40,115 nt of DNA, taken from the NCBI GenBank assembly GCA_046538485.1, contig JBKHIT010000045.1, positions 1 through 40,115 of the forward strand. Direction: 5' to 3'. The translations under genes were made by a program, and so were the position numbers. Source of the DNA: Candidatus Brocadiia bacterium (GTDB lineage Bacteria; Planctomycetota; Brocadiia; SM23-32). Under the pieces are notes generated by a model. It searched no databases. It was not told where the DNA came from and saw nothing but the letters and a program-made list of their open reading frames with translations. Below are positions 1 through 8,613 of this stretch, in pieces; the first letter of the stretch is position 1; the number at the start of each line of letters is the position of its first letter.

Positions 1-1640
1 ACAGTGGTACTTTCACGGTGCAGTTCAGCGAACCGACTGCCGGAAGTGACACCGCCACCGCTACATTTGTGGACGATGGAGGAGATCAATCCGGCTTTGA
101 CCTGGCGATGGAAGAGGATCCGATCACCGCAGGCGAGACCGCCCGGGTGAATGTGACCAACGCCAAGGATACTGAAGGCAACGCTATCGACGGTGCGGAT
201 GTGGCCGTAACCATTACCAGTAATGAAGACGGCTCAGTGTTTGACGGCACCGCTGACTTCAGCGACCCGGCCGGTGAAGCGCAAATCACCACAAGTGTCC
301 TGACTACAGTCGCCACCCACACCCTGACGGTCAGCATTGACGGCGTGACCGACAGCGACAGCGTGACGGTGACGGTAAATGATCCCAATGACGCGCCAAC
401 GGCGCAGGACGATGAAATCAACACCGACGAGGATACTCCCACCGGGAATATCCACGACACCCTGCTGGCGAATGACAGCGATCCAGACGATGACACGCTG
501 GATATAAACGCTGTGGATGATGGCGCAACCACCGGAACAGTCAGTTTCGATGATGGTTCGGACAGTCTGAGCTACGATCCGGCTGGGCAGTTTGAGAGTC
601 TTGGCGGTGATGACACTGCCACCGATACCTTCACCTACACCATCGGCGATGGGAACGGTGGCACCGACAGCGCGATGGTGACGGTGACGATCACCGGGGT
701 TAACGATCCACCCACTATTGGAGGGCTGATAGATACCCCCGATCCGGTTACGATTGGCGAGCCCCTGACGCTGAAAGCTACGGAAGTGAGCGACCCCGAA
801 GATAATATCAGTCATCTGGAATTTTTCCTCGATGATGGTGATGGAATCTTTGACGCGAATGAAGATGGCTATCTGGGGGACGGGGTGGATATTGGTGGGG
901 GAGACTGGGAGCTGACGGGGATAGATACGAGCGGCTGGTCGGCCGGTGAGGCGACGTATTTCGCCCGCGCCCAGGATACGGATGGAGCATGGAGCAATGT
1001 GGTCTCTACCACCGGAACCCTGGAGGAGCCGAATGAGCCGCCGGAGGCGACCGACGATAGCTACAGCACCAACGAAGACCAGACCCTTACAGTCGAGGCT
1101 CCCGGCGTGCTGGATAATGACAGCGATCCGGACGGGGATCCCCTCAGCGCATCCCTGGAGACGGGCCCCGACCACGGGACGGTGACCCTGGACTCGGACG
1201 GATCTTTCACCTGCGATCCGGACGCCGATTACAATGGCACCGATAGTTTCACCTACACCGCAAGCGACGGTAACGGCGGGAGCGACACCGCCACCGTGAC
1301 CATCACGGTCAATGACGGCAACGAGGCACCCACAGCCGATGCCGGCAGCGACCAGACGGTGGCAGATGCTGACGATAACGGTTCTGAGATTGTAACTCTC
1401 GACGGGTCGGGATCGAGTGACCCTGACGGGACGATTACGAGTTACAGTTGGAGCGAAGACGGCACTGAGATCGCCACGGGTGCCACGCCGGAGGTTGAAC
1501 TCGAGGTGGGCACGCACGAGATCACGCTGACGGTCACCGATGAGGATGGGGCCACCGAGAGCGACAGCGTGACGGTGACGGTGAACGCTCTTATTGATAT
1601 CTGGCCGAAGTGGGCACCCATCTCGTGGATGGGGCTGTGA
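1..1640 (+). CDS. Large surface/adhesin-like protein with Ig-like (Big_9/cadherin-like, VCBS-type) and PKD repeats; 5' end outside the window
   Basis: Frame open from the window edge. Repeated motifs NDAPTAQDD..TDED, LLANDSDPDDD, DTFTYTIGDGNGG, NEAPTADAG..VTLDGSGSSDPDG..ITSYSW; very acidic and Thr-rich. Confidence 0.9.
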   Translation, partial: SGTFTVQFSEPTAGSDTATATFVDDGGDQSGFDLAMEEDPITAGETARVNVTNAKDTEGNAIDGADVAVTITSNEDGSVFDGTADFSDPAGEAQITTSVLTTVATHTLTVSIDGVTDSDSVTVTVNDPNDAPTAQDDEINTDEDTPTGNIHDTLLANDSDPDDDTLDINAVDDGATTGTVSFDDGSDSLSYDPAGQFESLGGDDTATDTFTYTIGDGNGGTDSAMVTVTITGVNDPPTIGGLIDTPDPVTIGEPLTLKATEVSDPEDNISHLEFFLDDGDGIFDANEDGYLGDGVDIGGGDWELTGIDTSGWSAGEATYFARAQDTDGAWSNVVSTTGTLEEPNEPPEATDDSYSTNEDQTLTVEAPGVLDNDSDPDGDPLSASLETGPDHGTVTLDSDGSFTCDPDADYNGTDSFTYTASDGNGGSDTATVTITVNDGNEAPTADAGSDQTVADADDNGSEIVTLDGSGSSDPDGTITSYSWSEDGTEIATGATPEVELEVGTHEITLTVTDEDGATESDSVTVTVNALIDIWPKWAPISWMGL

Positions 1641-1707
1641 TGGCCGGGTAGATAAAGATGGCAACGATAAATGTGGATAATAATATCCTACGGGAGAGGA
1701 TAACCCG

Positions 1708-2853
1708 ATGAGAAAAGGTTTGAATCTGGCGGTATGTTTGTTCTGGATACTGGCGATGATTCCTGTGGTAGCAGGGCAGGAGAGGCATGAGGAAAAGACA
1801 ACGGTTCCTTTTCTGCAGCAGACCCTCACCGGGGGAGGCGGTTTAATGCTGGTGCCGACTGCTTATCTGTCGAATCCGCCCGGAGGAGCCACTCGCGTGG
1901 GGAGCCTGGCCGCGGGAGGTCATTTCGCGACGATGGGTGATAAGACCATTTACTTAGTGAGTCTGGCTGAGACGGTGGAGGTGCCGACTGCTTATCTGTC
2001 GAATCCGCCCGGAGGAGCCACTCGCGTGGGGAGCCTGGCCACGGGAGGTCATTTCGCGACGATGGGTGATAAGACCATTTACTCAGTGAGTCTGGCTGGG
2101 ACGGTGGAGGTGCCGGGCGGTATGGATCTGGAGCTGGGATACGCCTACACGAATCTGCAGCTGGGGGATGCGCGGGAGAATGTGGAGGAGGATACGACTC
2201 CGCCGGGTCTGGATATGGGGACCAATCACGTGGCTCTGCACACAGTGGGCGCGCGGCTAAATCTTCTGAAGGAGAACGCTTTTAATACGAATTGGGTGCC
2301 GGCGCTGACCCTGGGTGGACACTGGAAGAAAAACAATGATCTCAGTGCGATCCGGCGGGGACTGACCTTCAGGGCGGGCTCGATTGCACCGGGGGTGCCA
2401 AGCAGTGATATCGATACAATGGAGAGGGCAATGGGAATCGAGGACGACGAGACGGCGGAGGCTACCCTGTTTGCCTCCAAGAAAGTCACAGAACCGCTGA
2501 CGGGCCGTCCTCTGTATCTGACGGCTGGTGCGCGTTATACCGACGCTGCCCATATGGGTCTCTGGGGATTCACCGACGATCACAAGGTGCAGCTGGAGGG
2601 GAGCGTGGCGTATCTGGTGACCGACTGGCTGGGGGTGACCGGTGAGTACAAGAGCAAGCCGGGATATGATGAGTGGAGGGATGCTACAACGGGGGAGACG
2701 ATTATTTACGACGGTGATGACTGGTGGAATGTGGGTGTGACCTGTATGGCGGCGGACTCGCTGTCGTTGAGCGTGGGGTATATCCACTGGGGTAAGGTGC
2801 TGGATGAGGATGTGGGTGGAGGGATGTTCACGTCTTTGAATTGCCGTTTTTAA
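1708..2853 (+). CDS. Secreted/outer-membrane beta-barrel protein, DUF3034-like
   Basis: Signal peptide; TLTGGGGLMLVPTAYLSNP N-terminal motif; alternating amphipathic strands; C-terminal Phe; RBS GGAGAGG upstream. Confidence 0.7.
   Translation: MRKGLNLAVCLFWILAMIPVVAGQERHEEKTTVPFLQQTLTGGGGLMLVPTAYLSNPPGGATRVGSLAAGGHFATMGDKTIYLVSLAETVEVPTAYLSNPPGGATRVGSLATGGHFATMGDKTIYSVSLAGTVEVPGGMDLELGYAYTNLQLGDARENVEEDTTPPGLDMGTNHVALHTVGARLNLLKENAFNTNWVPALTLGGHWKKNNDLSAIRRGLTFRAGSIAPGVPSSDIDTMERAMGIEDDETAEATLFASKKVTEPLTGRPLYLTAGARYTDAAHMGLWGFTDDHKVQLEGSVAYLVTDWLGVTGEYKSKPGYDEWRDATTGETIIYDGDDWWNVGVTCMAADSLSLSVGYIHWGKVLDEDVGGGMFTSLNCRF
1852..2109 (+). repeat. 129-bp in-frame tandem duplication (2 copies, 43 aa each) inside the DUF3034-like gene
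   Basis: 1852-1980 and 1981-2109 are identical except at 3 positions; GGTGCCG occurs at all three junctions. Confidence 0.95.
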
Positions 2854-2854
2854 T

Positions 2855-2889
2855 CGCCGTTTTTTATTAATGACAAAAATGGGCGTTTA
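2855..2889 (+). terminator. Possible intrinsic terminator hairpin
   Basis: CGCCGTTTTT...AAAAATGGGCG imperfect stem directly after the stop codon, followed by a short T tract. Confidence 0.4.
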
Positions 2890-3442
2890 ACTCGCAAGCG
2901 CCTTCAGTGCTGTCGGTGCGGGGAAACCAGGCGCAGGAGTTCCGCCAAACGGGATACTTCAGGTGCAGGCGGACAGAGCAGAAGGGCAGAGCCTCTTTCA
3001 TCACTGTGAAAATCGTGGCGGTCTCCCTGCAACTTTTGGGAGCTTATGGTAATTTATCTTCAGAGAAACCGCCAACTGGCGGCTGACGATGCTCCCGGAG
3101 GGTGAACCGGTGATTTGTATGTATGGGGATCGGGCGGACCTCCCTCTTGACTGCCATTGTTTTTTCCGGGATCATTTTTGTGGGGGCTGCCTTTGGGCTG
3201 GGTCCCCGGCGCAACCGGACCGTACGGGAGAAGCAGCAGATCACGATGACTGCCTACCGTCACAGGAGCTAAGCGGTCCCGCATAAGCCGCCTGAGGTTC
3301 TTTACAGGCATCAGTCCGGCTACGATGGTATGAATTACCAACTGTGGAAAACGAAAACGTTGTCCAGAAGCTGCCTTTGGGGTCGGGTGATGGGGCCCGA
3401 AGGGCCGTACCAGTTTAGCGTATCAATTGCCGTTCCAAAAGA

Positions 3443-3546
3443 GGCCCGCAGGGCCGATTCAGACGTAGCCCCGTGCGATCCCGGGCCGTTTGGGGGCGAG
3501 CCCCGGGTTACCATTGGGAAACAGCCGAAGGAGCCGGATCGCCTCG
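3443..3546 (+). repeat. REP/MITE-like palindromic element
   Basis: Hairpin GGCCCGCAGGGCC - TAGCCCCG - internal hairpin - CCCCGGGT. First ~65 nt nearly identical to 32503-32566; 3497-3546 nearly identical to the reverse complement of 32641-32690. Confidence 0.85.
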
Positions 3547-3675
3547 CGTCGAACTGACCTCGGCAGAATTGCTCTGAACCCACAACATCAAGTGGAATGG
3601 ACCACCAGGTCTCCACGTATCCGGGATGTCACGCAGATCCAGGGGGTTATCGCCGAGCTCGCCCTGCCGTTCATT

Positions 3676-3779
3676 GCCCTGAAAGGGCAGTATATGACAG
3701 CCCGGGGTGCAGACGGCTGAAGGTCGTCGGAGCCCTGGGGCACAGGTGTGCATGGAGAAAAAAGTGGGCTGAAGGGACA
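3676..3779 (+). repeat. REP/MITE-like palindromic element
   Basis: GCCCTGAAAGGGC hairpin, then AGCCCGGGG...GCCCTGGGG; same architecture as the other copies. Confidence 0.75.
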
Positions 3780-3800
3780 CCACAAAACTGGTGCCTCTTG

Positions 3801-3870
3801 CAGCACGGGACAGTTCCCGAAAACCAGGGATGTCGGCGGCACCGGCCCGTGGGGTGTCGCGCGCGCCAGC
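3801..3870. repeat. Dispersed repeat (second module), inverted copy at ~32779-32848
   Basis: GGCACCGGCCCGTGGGGTGTCGCGCGCGCCA aligns with the reverse complement of TGGCGCGCGGGACACCACACGGGCCGGTGCC. Confidence 0.8.
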
Positions 3871-4153
3871 GGCGCCCCCCGCGGGGGATACAATTTCCGG
3901 GAATACCAGTTTCGCCATCAGAGCTCACTAAGTACACTGCAGCAACCTTAATGTAGTCCCCCGCGACTCGCGGTGGATTGCGGTGTGTTAAAACGGGCCC
4001 GAGGCACGTTTTACTCACCGCTGCGCCGTTCCGGAAAACGTCGGATACCGCAACTCTCATTTTGGGGGTTCTGGACGCATTCAAGCCGTCCCTCACCGAC
4101 AGGGCCGACGCTGACCTACAGTCTGCTTTGCCGTTTCACTTGCAATGCCGTCG

Positions 4154-4281
4154 CTGACTTCTGACCTCTGCAGCTCTGACCTCTGGTTGTTTCCCCGTGA
4201 CCAGCAAGCTGGCGCCACGTCGTTTCGTTCGCCGTTCCTCGATTTTCTCAACTCACAACTCAGAACTCTAAACTCAGAACT
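4154..4281. repeat. Short heptamer tandem repeat tracts
   Basis: CTGACTT/CTGACCT units at 4154-4185 and CAACTCA/GAACTCT/AAACTCA units at 4249-4281. Confidence 0.7.
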
Positions 4282-4409
4282 GCCGCTTTAAGCCCATATA
4301 TTACCCCCCGTGTTGTCGTATCCACTTGTTCCGCATGCTGATATCGTGGTCCGACCCCTATTACGCAGCTCAGCTTCATCAGCCCCGAGATAATCCCCAC
4401 CGATTTGAT

Positions 4410-4853
4410 TCAGTTTTGTGACGATTCGATCTGCCTGATCTTATCCTGCATTTTTTTCAGTGCCTTCGACCGTTCTTGTCCGTCCTGATCCCCCCAGTAA
4501 TCTGCGAGTTCTAAAATGCGGTCGTAGTATCCCCACACACGTTCAAAATCGGGATCAAAAGAGCCACCTGTGTCGTAGTCAGCCACTTTTCGCTGATCAT
4601 GCAGCTCTACCATGTGATTACCGATTTTCCATAAAGCACGCACCCCAGAGCACTTAAGCCCTTCGGCAACTTCTGCATGGACCCTTCCACCAGATCCAAA
4701 ATCACATCCCCAGTTCGTCATCATCTCCCTCGCAAACAGAAAGGCAGCATAGTATATTCTGCCGACGGCCGTCCGATGCGCTGCTTCCTGCAACCCGCTC
4801 GGCGGCTCATTCTCAAGACAGCTTGCTATCTTTGCAAATGCGTCCGCATCCAT
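4410..4853 (-). CDS. HEPN domain protein (UPF0332-like), putative toxin/RNase
   Basis: RTAVGRIYYAAF motif, central His (GRVHAEV), LHDQRKVADYD; start 7 nt after the upstream stop. Confidence 0.8.
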   Translation of the reverse strand: MDADAFAKIASCLENEPPSGLQEAAHRTAVGRIYYAAFLFAREMMTNWGCDFGSGGRVHAEVAEGLKCSGVRALWKIGNHMVELHDQRKVADYDTGGSFDPDFERVWGYYDRILELADYWGDQDGQERSKALKKMQDKIRQIESSQN

Positions 4854-4860
4854 GCCGGGC

Positions 4861-5655
4861 TCAGTCCACCTCTATGACAAATGCATTGACTGTTTCGGGG
4901 CCGATCGCGTCGAACAGCCGGTCCAATAGCTCATCTTCCTTTTCCACTGCTTCCGTCCCCCTCAAGCCGGCCTCAATGGTTACCTTCAGAAGCTGCATGC
5001 CCGACATATCATCGTATTCCGAAACGGATAAATGAAGCGTTTTGTAAGTGATGCAATCGTTGATTGCCGATATGACAGCCAATAGAGCATCGCCTAATTG
5101 ATTCCCCAAAACATACTCATAGGCTTCATTCGTAAAAGTCGTGCGTGATATCCAAGCCAACAAATCAGCAAATCTTGAATTGTCCAGTGCAATACGACTA
5201 TGAACACCTTCCTCCGCCCATTCCAAAATGGAACGTTCAATATCCTTCAACCATGACGAGTCATTTGTTAGGAAAAAGCTTGGACCGCCTACTATGTCCC
5301 GCACGGCATCGGCCAACCGATCTGAAATGTAGCCCTCACAGTGCTCCCGAGCCTCCATCCCCGCCGAACGGCCGAGCACTTCGGAACTCTCGGAATCTAC
5401 AAATTCCAATTTGACGTCCTTGCTCCACTCCAGTATTGCGGCACTGGGACTCGGTGCTTGAGATTCCCATGCGTCCCAGAAAAGTTCCTGCCACGAAGGC
5501 ATATCTCCAGAATCAGACCTCCATTCCCGAGGAGTCCCACTTGCCCATTCAGTTGGTGAGCCCGCAGCGTACGTAACCTTCACCTCTGGGATATTGGGCA
5601 ACTGGAGCATGCGAAACACATCGCATTCAAACCTATCGCGTAACGCGTTGCTCAT
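4861..5655 (-). CDS. Hypothetical protein (264 aa) with a C-terminal degenerate nucleotidyltransferase-like domain of the kind found upstream of HEPN genes
   Basis: ATG at 5655 with GGAGGT RBS, overlapping the upstream gene end by 23 nt; C-terminal beta-beta-alpha-beta pattern LHLSVSEYDD..LLKVTIE..EAVEKEDELLDRLF..FVIEVD. Confidence 0.6.
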   Translation of the reverse strand: MSNALRDRFECDVFRMLQLPNIPEVKVTYAAGSPTEWASGTPREWRSDSGDMPSWQELFWDAWESQAPSPSAAILEWSKDVKLEFVDSESSEVLGRSAGMEAREHCEGYISDRLADAVRDIVGGPSFFLTNDSSWLKDIERSILEWAEEGVHSRIALDNSRFADLLAWISRTTFTNEAYEYVLGNQLGDALLAVISAINDCITYKTLHLSVSEYDDMSGMQLLKVTIEAGLRGTEAVEKEDELLDRLFDAIGPETVNAFVIEVD

Positions 5656-6379
5656 CCAGCACCTCCATAATCGTGGCGTTCCTATCAAAGAGCCCTTCAA
5701 AAAACCGCGAGACCTCGCCCTCCTGGAAACGAATCTCCGGCTCATCGGGATTTGTGTTTATGTCCGTTTCAACGAAAAGGACCTTTTCGTTCTCTCGCTC
5801 CTCAGAAAGTCGCACGGCTTTGACCCGGACAATTCTATTCAGTTCGCAGGTCTTTTCCCCGCTGTCCCAAGGAATACGATTGTTAAAATGCCACTCCGCC
5901 GAGTATGGATTCGCATCAAAGAAGTCGGGCATATTGGGGGTAAATAGTGTCTGTTTGAGTCGCTGAACGGCGGCCGCCTCAAGATCACACCTGACGTGCA
6001 TCACCCCAGATACTCGACTAACGTCCAAGCTCAGATTCGTCTGCAGGCCCGGCAGTAGGCGTCGGCACAAATCCCAGAATTCAGCAGGTGCAGTGTTTTC
6101 CTGCGACTCGTCCTCACGTGCAGGGAAATAGAGCAAGTTGATTCTTGTGCCTGTGCATACAATCTGCCAGACTTGAGACGCCTCAGTAAGTATTGCTCTG
6201 GGGGCCTCGGCAGGCGTCTGACCGGGGAGGTCAATGGGGAGGGGCGAAAGGGAAGCCAGACGATCATACTCGGCACATTCGCTCTGCAGTTTCTGAGCGA
6301 GCTTCCGCGGACTTCCAAGCAGAGGGTCCACGATAAAAATACTCCCCATTAGCCGTATTACATTTTTTTTCTCAGGCAC
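5633..6379 (-). CDS. Hypothetical protein, TIGR04255-like
   Basis: GTG start with AGGAG RBS; 248 aa; motifs PAEAPRAIL..WQIVC..RINL, VSRVSG, FVETDINT. Confidence 0.55.
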   Translation of the reverse strand: MPEKKNVIRLMGSIFIVDPLLGSPRKLAQKLQSECAEYDRLASLSPLPIDLPGQTPAEAPRAILTEASQVWQIVCTGTRINLLYFPAREDESQENTAPAEFWDLCRRLLPGLQTNLSLDVSRVSGVMHVRCDLEAAAVQRLKQTLFTPNMPDFFDANPYSAEWHFNNRIPWDSGEKTCELNRIVRVKAVRLSEERENEKVLFVETDINTNPDEPEIRFQEGEVSRFFEGLFDRNATIMEVLDEQRVTR

Positions 6380-6450
6380 CTTGAACTCCTATCTTTGTTT
6401 CTTGCGTTACATTAGAGCATAGTAACACATCCTGGCACAAGCATCCAATA

Positions 6451-6596
6451 CCATCGCCCAGAGAATTACTACGTGTATATTTTCCGTACAAAATTGTCCG
6501 CTACCCATTAGAGCCGTAACAGAGGGAGCACGACAGATAACTATAGAACATGCTAAAGAAGCGGCGAAACAACTTCGCCTGAAAAGCGAACAATAA
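6451..6596 (+). pseudogene. Possible remnant of an AAA+ ATPase C-terminal lid
   Basis: SPRELLRV, then in another frame AVTEGARQITIEHAKEAAKQLRLKSEQ*; no start codon or N-terminus. Confidence 0.25.
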
Positions 6597-6929
6597 CGCT
6601 TCGCGTGTGATCACATAATTATTGTTCTCACCTCCGGCACCACCGGCACACCCGCATCAGCTACCGCTGATTTGACGTTTTTATTGTCTGTTTCGATCCT
6701 TGGTCCAGATGCGTGCCCGTCCCGATCCTCTCCTCGGCAACTTTTCGTGATCGCCGTTAAACGTTGTGATGTGCTAATTAGGTTCGGTGATAGGCTATAC
6801 ACGAAGAATCCGAGTGAAATCATTACCCTTCACACAGACTTAGCCCGTGTGACACCGGGAGCTGCAGTAAGCACATCCGTTTGCCTTGTAACCCTTCCTT
6901 TTTGCTTTTCGCACCGCCGGTTTGCAACT

Positions 6930-7069
6930 GGAAAAATTACCCCGTCCACCGCGCGCGAGACACCTTCCTCCGTGTGGAACCAGGTATGCAAATCACGCAC
7001 CTCAAGCAGGGGAGAGGTATCTTTTTTATTATCGGGAGTATTTTCCTGGGTTGTGTTTTCGGGAGTCAT
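6930..7069 (-). pseudogene. 5' fragment of an oligo/dipeptide ABC transporter ATP-binding gene (OppD/DppD-like)
   Basis: PLLEVRDLHTWFHTEEGVSRAVDGVIF, then similarity ends before Walker A; frame stops at 6830. Confidence 0.8.
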
Positions 7070-7080
7070 AAAAAAGCCGT

Positions 7081-7233
7081 TCAATCTTTATTGCATATAA
7101 TAATAGCGCCGATTACGCCGGGAATCCAGCCAAAGAGCCACAAAATGAAAACCAGAAGAATCGAGCCGCAACCCTTGTCGATGACTGCCAGCGGCGGCAG
7201 CAGAATGCAGGCGATTGCCCGAAGGATACTCAT
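7081..7233 (-). CDS. yqaE: YqaE/Pmp3 family small membrane protein (50 aa; absent from the ORF track)
   Basis: Manual translation MSILRAIACILLPPLAVIDKGCGSILLVFILWLFGWIPGVIGAIIICNKD; LPPLAV and GWIPGVI signatures; AAGGAGG RBS. Confidence 0.9.
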   Translation of the reverse strand: MSILRAIACILLPPLAVIDKGCGSILLVFILWLFGWIPGVIGAIIICNKD

Positions 7234-7496
7234 GTCACGAAGCCTCCTTGATCACGCGGTCGTAGATATGCATGATTTTTTCACAGTGTTTTGCGATGGT
7301 AAAATGCTCACGCACACGCTTCTCGGCGAATCTCACCACAAAACTCAATCGCATTATATCGCTCATAACGCTAAAGGTCGACAATAAAACCTACCAACCC
7401 ATCCTTCCACTGGGGAAAATTGGCGGTTGACGATGACCTTTTGCGTCATGCCAGATCGCTCATGTCCCCAGAAGGATCTTTCGGGATCAAAAGCTG

Positions 7497-8243
7497 TTAT
7501 TGCGATTCCGCCCACATCTCGACTTTGCTCAGCAGCAGAATTTCGCCTTTGTGCACGGTGCAGGCGAGACGGCTGGGGGCGGTTTTCTTGCCTTTGTAGT
7601 TTTTTGCAGTCACTTCCGCTTCTTCACCGTTGATTCTGGCCGATAATTCGCCGTCCTGGCGTCGGATCTCCACGTATGCCAGTTTTTTGCGGGGAAGGGA
7701 CAGACGGAAACCTTTCTTCAGTTTCGCCGCGCTCTTGCCCTGAGCCAGTTCCACGACCGAATCACCGGACGCTTTGAGCGCCAGTCGGACGACGAAATCG
7801 CCTTTGAGGGTCGCGTTGTGCAGGATGCGGCTGCGTTTGGCGCGGTCGGCTCCTTCCAATCTGATGGCGCCGCTTTTCTTGTCGCCCGTTCGTTTCACAC
7901 TCCATTTTCGTTTCCGCCAGCTGTAACCAACGTAATGCCATTCCGTCCACGTGCCGGGATGGGCCGGGATCTGTTGAAGCTTTTTGACACCCCGGCTGTC
8001 CTGTTCTTTTGTTTCGGCAGCATCATCCGTTTTTTCAGCCGTTTCGGCCGCCGTTTGCGCTTCTTCGAGCTTATCGATCTTCTTTTCCAGAACGGCGATG
8101 CGCCCGCGAAGGTTACCGATGACTTCCGACTGGTCGTAGACCCGTTTTTTAAGTTTATCGAATTCTTCCCTCTTAATTTCACCGCCTGCCAACGCTGGCA
8201 CAGCCAATGCTGTCAATGCCAGAATCATAAGCACTTTTCGCAT
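7497..8243 (-). CDS. Secreted hypothetical protein (signal peptide, coiled coil, beta-sandwich-like C-terminal domain)
   Basis: MRKVLMILALTALAVPALA signal peptide; GGAGGAGG RBS; Lys-rich. Confidence 0.75.
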   Translation of the reverse strand: MRKVLMILALTALAVPALAGGEIKREEFDKLKKRVYDQSEVIGNLRGRIAVLEKKIDKLEEAQTAAETAEKTDDAAETKEQDSRGVKKLQQIPAHPGTWTEWHYVGYSWRKRKWSVKRTGDKKSGAIRLEGADRAKRSRILHNATLKGDFVVRLALKASGDSVVELAQGKSAAKLKKGFRLSLPRKKLAYVEIRRQDGELSARINGEEAEVTAKNYKGKKTAPSRLACTVHKGEILLLSKVEMWAESQ

Positions 8244-8408
8244 AGTGTTGCCTCCTCCAAGTCGTTCTGTGAAATACAGATTGAGTCATCAAGCTCTCTC
8301 GGTCATATACATTAAGCAAAAGAACAGGTCCCAGCAAAGATATAACTGAACACTCTGCCATTCGCCGTCCCCGCGCCACAAAAATCTCTGAAAGGGAAAC
8401 CGCAATTG

Positions 8409-8525
8409 TTATCCTTCCTCTACAACCCCCACTTCCTCCTCCGTCAGGCCGTCGGGTCTGTAGACTATCTGGTCTATGAGCCAGTCGGTGGAGCGGATGG
8501 TTTCGACGTCATACTCGCCCGTCTC
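8409..8525 (-). pseudogene. 3' remnant of a Type IIG (Eco57I/TaqI-like) restriction-methyltransferase gene
   Basis: IRSTDWLIDQIVYRPDGLTEEEVGVVEEG* matches the family C-terminal consensus IDxxVYxLYGLTEEEIxxVE, with LY decayed to PD. Confidence 0.75.
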
Positions 8526-8613
8526 CGGGTTTCTCTGTGGAGACCAGGGGCCGGAGCCTATTCGTTCACTATAACGTAGAACTGCTTCAGGTATCGGTAT
8601 TCTCCCACCGGCC

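Noticed and set aside
234..1829. 531-aa minus-strand ORF
   Set aside because: Antisense shadow of the Ig-repeat gene; no recognisable motifs
1852..2109. Duplication as a DGR template/variable repeat pair
   Set aside because: Copies are adjacent and in frame, the differences are not consistently adenine-specific, and no reverse transcriptase is present
3443..3870. Repeats as a CRISPR array or integron attC array
   Set aside because: No regularly spaced identical repeats with unique spacers, no cas or intI gene, and no consistent RYYYAAC/GTTRRRY boxes
3330..4164. Many short ORFs in the repeat cluster (also 13275-13838, 25293-25604, 32446-33027)
   Set aside because: They are translations of REP-like repeats; similarity between them reflects the DNA repeat
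6611..6823. 70-aa ORF ending ADAGVPVVPE, reminiscent of an ATP-grasp motif
   Set aside because: Match is only a few residues; there is no RBS and the rest is not protein-like
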